NCBI GenBank assembly: GCA_902797965.1
Contig: CADBUY010000003.1
Span: 102,222 to 166,221, forward strand
DNA: 64,000 bases
Source of the DNA: an uncultured bacterium
GTDB lineage: Bacteria > Cyanobacteriota > Vampirovibrionia > Gastranaerophilales > Gastranaerophilaceae
Direction of reading: 5' to 3'
The notes below the pieces were generated by a model. That model was not told the origin of the DNA, made no database searches, and saw only the letters and a list, made by a program, of their open reading frames with translations. The number at the start of each line of letters is the position of its first letter. The first letter of the stretch is position 1. Shown one piece after another: positions 28,566 through 38,100 of this stretch. The translations under genes and the position numbers were made by a program.

Positions 28566-28701
28566 AGGCATAGCCTCTAACTTTCTAATGCTTATATTTA
28601 ACTTATTTGCTTATTTTTATAAATCCCCAAAAATAGTTTAGGGATAGACAACTATATAGTAGAATGTTAAAATAATAATAGAAGGTTAGGAGAAATAGTA
28701 T

Positions 28702-28992
28702 ATGTCATTAATTCATGCTCTATCGATTGCACAATATACCAGACTTGCAAATGATGCGGCTTATTCTATGATGAAACTAAATAATACAAGAATGAATATG
28801 TTATCTTCTATGGGTTCAAATATGGATTATGGTTTTGGAATGAATTCTTTAGAGAGTTTGGCGGCGTTAGATACTCAGCTTGAATTAGATGCTTTGTCTT
28901 CAAGCTTACAATACAAGATGGCAAAGGCGATGCTTGAACAGCTTAAAAAACAGCAAAAAGAAGATGTGAAAAGTTTTAGTACGTTTGCATAA
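28702..28992 (+). CDS. Small helical hypothetical protein
   Basis: AGGAG RBS, 96 aa. Confidence 0.75.
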   Translation: MSLIHALSIAQYTRLANDAAYSMMKLNNTRMNMLSSMGSNMDYGFGMNSLESLAALDTQLELDALSSSLQYKMAKAMLEQLKKQQKEDVKSFSTFA

Positions 28993-28999
28993 TTCTTAA

Positions 29000-30193
29000 T
29001 TACAGATATTCTTTTGGAATGTGTTTAAAGCTGTTTCTTATACTTTTTCCTTGTTTATCATAATCTGTTCTTGCTTTTTGCCCTGCTTTACGAGCTTTAA
29101 CTTCAATGTAATTATCTTTGTATTCCTGAACTTTTCCGGCTTCTTCAAGTTCTTTTGTCAGGGCAACATAATTTTTTATTGATTTAGCATAACGCTTTGC
29201 TTCACGAAAAAGTTTTTTTGATTTTATTGCTCCAAATGTATTACTGATAAATTCTTCCCACTCTGTTGTAGGGAGCGCAACACGGGAGCGCAGAAAATAT
29301 TGCCAGCCATGTTCTACTTCGTGCCTTGCCATTCCTACAACACGAGTTTTTGAGTATGGCTTAAACAGTCTGTTAAAGTTTATTGAACCGTCATCAGGAG
29401 TAAAGTCTGCTGCATATAACTTATCATCTTCATTTTTTGGATAATAGTTAGTATTGATTTCGATTAATGTATTCTGTAATCTTTTTTCTTTAATGTATCG
29501 TCTTGTTAAAGGTTCTTTTGAATCATCAATAGTCAAGGCTCTATACGCAAGATATGTGTCAGATTTAGGAAAGCGAACTCCTTGTTTTACTACAGAGTCT
29601 GTTTTTACTTTGTCGGTATAACCGTTAACCATAAAGCTTAAAAACTTTTTCTTTCCCCTTTGGATTTTGTTATTTAAAATATGCGGGAATTCTGTAAATG
29701 TATGCCTTTGCTTAGTTGGTGTATTAAGTTTATCAATTTTAACCTGTGAAATAATTTTTTCACCGGTCTTTTTATTAATACTTGTGAAGTTTGTTATTAT
29801 TTCCTTTAAATTCCAAAGCATTGTTTTCAGAGGTTTTGTTTCTTCAAAATCTTCAAGCAGTTCTTCATAATAAGGAATAACTTTTTTGTTAATAAAAAAA
29901 TCCTTTATTGTTACAGAAACAACATGTTCATTTTTATCAATATTCCTGCTCTCTCTTGAGTATAAACGATTTCTGAGTTTCCCGTCTGAATAGTCAAACG
30001 CTCTTTCAATAACATTCCCATTTTTGTCTTTAAATGTTGTAATCTTTCGTGTTTTTTCAGGATGTTTTTTTACCCCAATCCATACTTCATCATAAAACTT
30101 GGGAATTTCTTCAGATATACTTCTTGCACTTCCTTGATATTTTACATAGCTTTTATTGCAAATTTTTGTAATTAAAAAGTACTTATCACTCAT
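29000..30193 (-). CDS. Hypothetical protein with HExxH zincin-like motif
   Basis: ARHEVEHGWQ ... YIEVKAR. Confidence 0.72.
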   Translation of the reverse strand: MSDKYFLITKICNKSYVKYQGSARSISEEIPKFYDEVWIGVKKHPEKTRKITTFKDKNGNVIERAFDYSDGKLRNRLYSRESRNIDKNEHVVSVTIKDFFINKKVIPYYEELLEDFEETKPLKTMLWNLKEIITNFTSINKKTGEKIISQVKIDKLNTPTKQRHTFTEFPHILNNKIQRGKKKFLSFMVNGYTDKVKTDSVVKQGVRFPKSDTYLAYRALTIDDSKEPLTRRYIKEKRLQNTLIEINTNYYPKNEDDKLYAADFTPDDGSINFNRLFKPYSKTRVVGMARHEVEHGWQYFLRSRVALPTTEWEEFISNTFGAIKSKKLFREAKRYAKSIKNYVALTKELEEAGKVQEYKDNYIEVKARKAGQKARTDYDKQGKSIRNSFKHIPKEYL

Positions 30194-30322
30194 GTTTTAA
30201 TAAAAACTCATAAATATATTTTTTGCTAAAAAATGTATAAGAATTATCTCATGTAACACACTTAATAAAAAATTAACGCCTTCCCATAATTGTAAGTATC
30301 GCTAGTGCTTAGCAACAACCAG

Positions 30323-30355
30323 CTCCCTCCCTAGTTAGGGAGGGTTGGGGAGGGT
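30323..30355. repeat. CCCTCxCCC-type palindromic repeat
   Basis: ctccctccctagttagggagggttggggagggt. Confidence 0.65.
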
Positions 30356-30441
30356 GTTAATTATATATAGGTGCGTGAGCTATGATAATTCCTAAAAACA
30401 TTAAATTAGAAAAAATAAAAATTTCGTTATAGAATATAGCC

Positions 30442-30999
30442 ATGAATATTTGTATTTTTCCGGGCACATTTAATCCTATACATATAGCGCATATAAAGAT
30501 GGCTCAGTTTGCCTTGCAAAAATACGGTTTTGATAAAGTGATTTTTATTCCGGCTTATATTCCGCCACATAAGCAAGTAAGTTCAAATCTTGCGCAACAT
30601 CGCTACAATATGGTTAAACTTGTTTGTGATACAAATTCAAAATTTGATATTTCTGATATAGAGTACAATTCTGAAAATACGTCATATACTTTGATTACTG
30701 TGCAAAAAATCAGAGAACTTTATAACATAAAAGGCAGGTTGAATTTTATAATAGGAACAGATGCTTTTTCAAAAATAAGAACCTGGTATAAGGTTGATGA
30801 ACTGAAAAATCTTGTTCATTTTATTGTCTTTCCAAGAGGGGAAGATGTAATAGAACCAAATGATTTTAAAGATTTTAGTTATGAACTTGCAGATGCTGAT
30901 AAAACGGATATTTCGTCAACAGAAATCAGAACTGCTAAAAAACGAGAAACTGTAAAGGAAGTAGAGGAATACATTGTTAAAAACAGGTTGTACAATTGA
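30442..30999 (+). CDS. nadD: Nicotinate-nucleotide adenylyltransferase
   Basis: GTFNPIHIAH, PPHK, IIGTD, ISSTEIR. Confidence 0.92.
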   Translation: MNICIFPGTFNPIHIAHIKMAQFALQKYGFDKVIFIPAYIPPHKQVSSNLAQHRYNMVKLVCDTNSKFDISDIEYNSENTSYTLITVQKIRELYNIKGRLNFIIGTDAFSKIRTWYKVDELKNLVHFIVFPRGEDVIEPNDFKDFSYELADADKTDISSTEIRTAKKRETVKEVEEYIVKNRLYN

Positions 31000-31555
31000 T
31001 TATATAAAGAATTGGCTTTCTGCAAATTTAAATCAGGAAAGATACGAGCATTCGTTAGGAACAGCAGAGTGTGCAAAAGAACTTGCAGAAAAGTTTGGCT
31101 TGGATGAGGAAAAAGCATATTTTACAGGTTTAATTCATGATTGTGCAAAATGTCTTCCAAAGACTGAAACCATGGAAATTTTAAAAAAAATAGAACTTGA
31201 ATGTGGTGAACTTGAAAACCCAAAGACACATCACGCACCGGTTGGTGTATATATAGCACAAAAAGAATTTGGGGTAGAAGATAATGAAGTTTTGTCTGCA
31301 ATAAGATGGCATACGATTGGTAAAATTAATATGAGTGATTTTGAGAAAATCATATTTATTGCTGATAAGATAGAAAAAAGAACCAGACCGGATGAATACG
31401 CAAATCCAATAAGAGAAGCTCTTAATAAAAAAGGTCTTAATGCAGCACTTTTGGTTTGTTATAAAAATACTATAAAAAGCCTTGTGGACAGAGATTTAAC
31501 AATTTGTACCCAAACTGTAGATATTTATAATGAGCTTTTAAGAGCAGGATTGTAG
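30974..31555 (+). CDS. yqeK: HD-family Ap4A hydrolase YqeK
   Basis: RYEHSLG, HDCAK, IRWHT, ADKIE; follows nadD. Confidence 0.88.
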   Translation: MLKTGCTIDYIKNWLSANLNQERYEHSLGTAECAKELAEKFGLDEEKAYFTGLIHDCAKCLPKTETMEILKKIELECGELENPKTHHAPVGVYIAQKEFGVEDNEVLSAIRWHTIGKINMSDFEKIIFIADKIEKRTRPDEYANPIREALNKKGLNAALLVCYKNTIKSLVDRDLTICTQTVDIYNELLRAGL

Positions 31556-31666
31556 CTATCAATATAAATTTTGCTGACTTGTAAAAGTTAATGTAAGGCG
31601 CTCACTGACCTATAAAACTTCTACAAGAGAGAAAAGGAAAAACTATCGGACAATTATATTCACCGC

Positions 31667-31948
31667 TTATGATGCTAAACGTATAGCTTTTTTAATTTTT
31701 TCTTTGTCCAAATCATTCATTAATTCGATTTCTTTTTTCAGCTGAGCAATATATTTTTGCCTCAATTCCGGATTTTTTTGATTCATTATTTTTTTATAAT
31801 ATCTTGCAGTTATTTTATCACTTAAGTCTTTTGGGATGTTGCCGCATTCAGCAGTTCTTGTATGAGAAATAATTTCTCTATATGTTGTTAAATTTAATGA
31901 ACCTTGAAAAAGATTTTTTAATCGAGAAAAACCTGTTAAATTTGCCAT
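31667..31948 (-). CDS. Hypothetical (possibly truncated) protein
   Basis: 93 aa, AGGGG RBS; shares upstream motif with 24435-25829. Confidence 0.55.
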   Translation of the reverse strand: MANLTGFSRLKNLFQGSLNLTTYREIISHTRTAECGNIPKDLSDKITARYYKKIMNQKNPELRQKYIAQLKKEIELMNDLDKEKIKKAIRLAS

Positions 31949-32194
31949 TAAAATCCCCTTTATGATACATAAAGATTTATAGTATTCCTATATTGAAATC
32001 CCCTTATAATCTCTTACACATACATAAAGTAATTTTTCTTAAAAAACTTGCTTCTCTGTAACAAAAAAATTTACAAAACGAGGATGCGGAAAAAGTCTGA
32101 AAAATGACAATTTTTCGACTTTTTCAAATCCGACCTAAGGTGTGTGAGAGTCAGGTCAGGTGCGGGATAGCACGTGACCAAACGGATGTGTTAG

Positions 32195-33556
32195 CTATTT
32201 TCTTATTATAAGAGTTATATCATTAAATACGACATATATCATCAGAATTATAAGCAGCGAGAAAAAGACAGTTGAAACAACTTCAATTATTTTTTCGTCA
32301 ACAGGTTTTCTTATAATTTTTTCTATAGTAAGGAACATTAAATGACCGCCGTCAAGAGCCGGAATAGGTAATATATTAAGTATTGCAAGGTTCATTGATA
32401 TAAGTGCTGCAAGCAGTATTCCTGAACTTTTACCGCTTTTTTCAATCATATCACCGCCGATTTTTGTAATTGCAACAACGCCGTGCATATCTTTCATCGG
32501 AATGTTACCTGTGAATAATTGTCCGAGAGAATACATCATTGTGTAAGTGTTGTCCCATAGATACACAACGCTTTCTTTAACAACTGCAACAGGAGTGTTT
32601 GTTGCAATCATTGTTTGTTTTGTTGTTAATCCGATACCGATAATACCTTTTTCATCCGGATAAATCGGGTTGAGGGTTAAAATCTGTCCACCACGTTCTA
32701 CAACAAAATTAATCGGATGTGTTCCGTTAGATAGTGCTTTTGCTATATCTCCCAAAGAATATTTCCCATCCGAAATATATATGCTTTTACCATCCAGTTG
32801 CTTTACCAGCTCTAATAAATTTTCGTCAATTTTTTCCCCTTTTGGCTTAAAATATTTTGCACCTTTAGCGGCAAATTCATCCATTGTGACAACTTCACTT
32901 GATAATTGATTCGGAAGTCTTATTGCAAGTCCCTCAGGAATTTTTTCATCTTTTACAAGTCCCGGGTTTAAATTTTTTAATTGAGCATAGTTTGCATCTA
33001 CAATTTCAGGAGTAATAAAACCGTTATTTTTAGCACTATTTTTAACAATTGTTACTAACGAGTAAGCGTTATGGATGTCGCATCCGTTTGCTTTAAGTAT
33101 ACGGTCACCTTTTTGAAGTCCGGAAGCCCAAATGCTTGCTTCTTTAGGAGCACTGATATCACTTGCAAAAACTTCATATTCTCCTGATGGTAATTTGCCT
33201 GAAACGATTGCTACTAAAATTACAAGAGCAATTGCACAAATAACATTTGCAATTACGCCAGCAGATACAACGATTGCACGCTGCCATACAGGTTTATTTA
33301 CAAATCTTTCAGGTGAATCTTTAGGTAAATCACAGTCTTTTTCGTCATCAGGAAAAGATACATATCCTCCTAATAAAAGAGCATGAACTAATACTTCCAC
33401 ATCACCGATTTTAGTTTTGTAAAGTGTAGGTCCGACAGGCAGACCGAAACCGAATTTATCAACTCTTATACCGAATGCTCTAGCTGCCATAAAATGACCG
33501 GCTTCGTGAACAAGTATAAGTAAGCTTAACAAAAGAATCATTATTAAAATTGACAT
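32195..33556 (-). CDS. rseP: RIP metalloprotease RseP (M50)
   Basis: HEAGH, LGGYVSF, PDZ, NILPIPALDGGH. Confidence 0.93.
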   Translation of the reverse strand: MSILIMILLLSLLILVHEAGHFMAARAFGIRVDKFGFGLPVGPTLYKTKIGDVEVLVHALLLGGYVSFPDDEKDCDLPKDSPERFVNKPVWQRAIVVSAGVIANVICAIALVILVAIVSGKLPSGEYEVFASDISAPKEASIWASGLQKGDRILKANGCDIHNAYSLVTIVKNSAKNNGFITPEIVDANYAQLKNLNPGLVKDEKIPEGLAIRLPNQLSSEVVTMDEFAAKGAKYFKPKGEKIDENLLELVKQLDGKSIYISDGKYSLGDIAKALSNGTHPINFVVERGGQILTLNPIYPDEKGIIGIGLTTKQTMIATNTPVAVVKESVVYLWDNTYTMMYSLGQLFTGNIPMKDMHGVVAITKIGGDMIEKSGKSSGILLAALISMNLAILNILPIPALDGGHLMFLTIEKIIRKPVDEKIIEVVSTVFFSLLIILMIYVVFNDITLIIRK

Positions 33557-33604
33557 ATAATCTCCCTCTTTTTCATTATTCTAGCACGAAAAAGAAAGAG
33601 TTGG

Positions 33605-34990
33605 TTATTTTTGTTTTTTTGCAGCGTTATACTCGTCTAATGTAAGTTTCCAGCTTTCTTCATAATCAAAGTCTTTTGCTGCAATTGATTCAGGAATGCC
33701 GGCATGGTGAATTTTTGGCAGGAGCTCTTTTTCTGTCATTTCAATAGCTTCTGCTTTCTTATCGTCAGAATCCTGACAGATAAATACTCCTTCACCATTA
33801 GGTTTAACTTTATAACTTACAATTGTAATTTCATGACCTGCAAGTCTGTTGTCATTATACGGGTCTGGCCAAGTATAACCAATATTGATGTTATAGCCTG
33901 CTTTTAGCGTATCAAGTAATTCTTTCTTGATTGTTGCAAAATCTTTTGTATATCCGCTGAGTCTGCCTTCGGCATCAACATTTTGATAGATTACAGAAGT
34001 TGTATTTTTGTCTTCAATAACAGATTCTACAAAAGTTTTTTCAAATTCAATCAGTCCGCCGTCATCTTGTGTCCAATCGTTAGGAGCACGCTTATCAACA
34101 AGAGAGTTGTATGTCTGTTGAGAGCCAAGCTGCATAAAAGTCGATTGCATCAACACATCAATAAGTGAACGTTCTCCTTTATCTTTGTGATGGTTTTGAA
34201 TTCTTGCTCTTATTATTGCATTTTCATCGGGTTTTAAGAGAATTGTTGCTGTATTAAAATCTTCTTTCTGCCAAGGTGTTTTAAACTTGTTCAATAACCA
34301 AATTGCATCAAGTGAGTTTTCTGAGAGGCTGTCTAATTTAATTTTTTTAGTAACCTGATGTTTTGGTGATGTTAATCCCTCAACAAGACGGAAAAATTCT
34401 GCGGTGTGTTTTGTAGCTAAATCAAACTCAATACTTGCGGCAGGGCAAGTTCCTGTGTGCATATTATCTAATTCCCATTTTGTTTCAAGAATTTTTTTAG
34501 GATTGGTGTCTAAACCTGTAATTAAGCCGATTACAGATTTTTGATACTCTTGTGGTATATCTTCGCAAGTTTGTGTTATAACATAAGGATTTGCAATAAT
34601 ATCTAAGCATTCCTGAAGGATTGTATCTTTATCTAATCCCGGATCTCTTTCTTCTGTGATAATTTTGTATAAATTGTCTAAAACCGTACTTTTATCATTT
34701 GAATTATTTTTGAGAAGTTGACCTGATTTCAGTGCGTATTCAAGTTTTCTTTTGTATTTCGGATTGATAAGCTCTTCCATCAGCTCTTTATATTTTTTCT
34801 TCTCATCTTTAGTTGTCAGCGTTGTACGAACAGTTACAGCAGTCGTGTAAGAAGCCGGACGATACTCAGGACTCTTTGTTTGGGTAACAGCAGGATTGGT
34901 AACCGCATTTGTCTGTTTGCGATTAACTGTTTGCGGAGAATTGAGTTCATTTACTCCAACACCTAAATTTTTAAATTGCACACTATCCAT
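33605..34990 (-). CDS. Hypothetical protein, possible papain-like cysteine peptidase
   Basis: GTCPAASIE ... GHEITIVSY ... ICQDSD; start moved to ATG 34990. Confidence 0.6.
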   Translation of the reverse strand: MDSVQFKNLGVGVNELNSPQTVNRKQTNAVTNPAVTQTKSPEYRPASYTTAVTVRTTLTTKDEKKKYKELMEELINPKYKRKLEYALKSGQLLKNNSNDKSTVLDNLYKIITEERDPGLDKDTILQECLDIIANPYVITQTCEDIPQEYQKSVIGLITGLDTNPKKILETKWELDNMHTGTCPAASIEFDLATKHTAEFFRLVEGLTSPKHQVTKKIKLDSLSENSLDAIWLLNKFKTPWQKEDFNTATILLKPDENAIIRARIQNHHKDKGERSLIDVLMQSTFMQLGSQQTYNSLVDKRAPNDWTQDDGGLIEFEKTFVESVIEDKNTTSVIYQNVDAEGRLSGYTKDFATIKKELLDTLKAGYNINIGYTWPDPYNDNRLAGHEITIVSYKVKPNGEGVFICQDSDDKKAEAIEMTEKELLPKIHHAGIPESIAAKDFDYEESWKLTLDEYNAAKKQK

Positions 34991-35061
34991 ATTTATATAA
35001 AAACATTTTATGTTCAAAATTTGTCTTAATGTAAACAAATGTAAAAATTTAATTTATAAAC

Positions 35062-35089
35062 TAAAGTTTTTATCACTTTGTGCCGATAA
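35062..35089 (+). promoter_or_regulatory. Sigma-28 (FliA/SigD)-type promoter
   Basis: TAAAGTTT ... GCCGATAA with 16 nt between TAAA and GCCGATAA, 23 nt before ATG 35113. Confidence 0.7.
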
Positions 35090-35112
35090 ATAAACAGTAT
35101 GGATATATAATT

Positions 35113-38100
35113 ATGAGTTTTGGAGAATTTTTTCTACAATCAAATAATGGTAATAAGGTTAACCTTAATTTTAAGGGTAAACTTAAGCGTGAAGATTTTT
35201 TAGGAAATGAAAAGCTTTTAAAGATTTTTGATTATTTTGATTCTGATAAAAGCGGAGTTATAGAAAATCTTACAAAAGATGGCAAAAACGAAATTGCTAA
35301 TATTTTTGCTCATATTAAACAGGCTTCGGAATTACGAGAGGGTGAGGGAAATGCTGTATTAGATTCTCGAGAAGCAATCTCTCTTACCAGTTTTATAAAG
35401 GGTTTAAATGGTGTTACTGCCTCTGAACTTTTTGAGTTTTTGAAGACTGTAGAAGAAAAGAAAAACGTTGTAGAAAAAGAAAAAATTGAAGTGTCTTCTG
35501 ACGGTACCAAGACAGTTACAAGTACACTTAAAGACGGTAGTATAGAAACGGATGTGTTTTATCCTGATGGAGAACTAAAGCTCAGAGTAACAGAAACTCC
35601 CATATCCGAGGATTTTACTAAAGGTAAAAAAAATATAGATTCTGATACAGAAGTTCTTGAAAAAGAGGGTAGTGACGGCAAGAAAGAAATGCTTTCTATT
35701 GCAAAAGGGGCAAAAGAGGGAGCTATAGTTCTTGAAGGTGATAGCGCAAAGTATTTGAGCGAAAAGTATAACAAAGAAGTTGTTTCTGCTTACTACAAAA
35801 ACGGAGTTATGGAACTACGAGATAAGAATAATAAACCTGTAATGCGTGTAGCTGTTGATATTTCACCAAAAGTTGAACATGAACTTCGTGAATTTGTCGG
35901 AAAACACTTAAAAGAATCCTCCGAAAATGTACTGGAGTTAGCAAAGACTGTCGGTTGGGTTGATAAACTTGGTATTGATTTGCAAGATATAAGCATTAAC
36001 AAAACTAATCTGGCATTGTCTATTCTTAATCCTGCTTTATTACTTACAGTGCTTGAAGCTAACGGAAAAGAAAAGCTTGAAGAGTATTTGAACCAATTAA
36101 GAGACAACGTTAAAAACGGTGAACTGTTAGAAAGCGGTGCAACAACTCAAGGTGCTTTTGATTCAAGATTTGAAAGAATAACAGGACATAGTGAGGTTAA
36201 TTTTCTCCAAATAGAACAATTAAGACAAACTGCGGATAAGTATAACAACGTTCAAGGGCTTAACCAAAGAATTGTACTTTTGAACCAAGGAATAAAAGAA
36301 GTAAAACAGCTTTATCAAAACTACCGTGCTCAAAAACAAGGTGTGCCAAATTCCGGTAAACTTAATTCTAATTTTGACGGCAAGATTTTAGAGATTTTGA
36401 CTCAATTCTTTAACGGTGACGAAAATGTCGCAAAAGCATTAATCCAGACTATTTCAAAAGGTATAACTTCAAAGGATGATTTATACAGAAAATTTAATGC
36501 CGTACTTACAACTATCAAACAAAAAGCGTCTGAAACAAAGGCAGATTTGCTTAAAGGTGAATCTGAAGAAGAGCTTAAGGCGAGATATGAAAACGAATAC
36601 AAGGCTATGTACGGTCAAGATGCATTTTTTAGAGCAGAAGAGCTTATCACAAACGGTAAAGAAACCGGCGGAATGATTCAAATCGGTATGATGACAGCTG
36701 CACAAATGTTACTTGCGGCAGCTACGATGGGTACGGGAAACGCTGCACTTATGGCTTTGCAGAGTAACGCACTTATAGGCTTCTTGTCAACTGTCGGAAC
36801 TGATTACGCTTTATCTCTTTCTAACATTCTCTCCAGTGAAAGAGGTTTTACAACTGAAGCGCAAGATGAGCTTCATCAAAGAACATTAGGTACTGCTGAA
36901 TTTATCGGATTTGGTATGGTTGCAGCCAATCCGCTTTCAAGAGCAGTCGGTAAATACGCATCCAAACTGTTTGCAAGTGATGCTGAGAAAGTTTTAGAGG
37001 GAGCTTTTGCGCAAGAAGTTAAGGCAGGGACAAATGCTGTAACAAGAACAACTACCGGAGCTTTAACCAAAACAACCCTGAGCTTGGAATCCGCTTTAGA
37101 GTGGGTGGTTGTAAAAGGAGCTGAATTTGGTACCGAAATTTTGGCGTTCAGCGGACTTGAGCTATTACAAGAAGATGAAGAGTTTAAAAAAGTTCTCGGA
37201 GGACAAGCTTCTACTCTTACAAAACTAAAGGTTATGAATGCCGCTCTCCAAGTAATGTTAGGCAGCTTTGTAAGAAATCAGGCACTTAGAGGGCAGTCAA
37301 AACTCGTTGTTAAAGAATGTAATAAAATGCTTAAGGATATGGGCATTGAGGACGGTAAATTAACAGAAAACAAGCGCCCCGGAGGCTCGAATTATACTCT
37401 TGAAATAAACGGCGAAACTATGACTTTCAAGGATATAAAAGAGCTTCAGGCAAACTTTATGTCTGTTTTAGCAGAAAATTATATCAAGACACGTCAAATT
37501 CCTGAAGAGATAAAGAATTTGGATAATGACTCTTTAGTTAGCGAATTCACAAAACTAATCCAAAAACAAGACGCTCTTTCCGAATCCGAAAACGCACGCC
37601 TTGTTGACTTGTACCAAGAACTCCAAAACAGAGGATTGGGGGTAAATGACGGAGTAAATGATAAAGTAAAAAATAACCCCACCCCGAAATCAAAGATTTC
37701 GACCCTCCCTCAAGGAGAGGGTGAAGGCACGACCTATCCCCTCAAGGGTGAGGTGAAGAGACCTGAAGACTCTCCCCTAACACCGACACCGAGAGAGGGG
37801 AATGGCTCGATATCTGACCCAAGATACACAAAACCCTTAACTCCTTATACAGAAGCCGGTAACAAAATTCATAATCTAAAGTCTTCTAAGCCGGAAGAAA
37901 ATCTGCAACTAATTGCTGAAATTAAGGCTGAAATTGAAACTTTAAGAAAAACTGCCCCTGAAAAGGCGCAAGAACTTCAAATTGTATTAGAAATGTTTAC
38001 TAATCCGACTGTTGTTTCTGAGGTTACAGACGCACAAATTGATGCGGTTATAAATTATTTGAACGACCATTATGACCATTTAGAGGGGTATTTGACGGAA

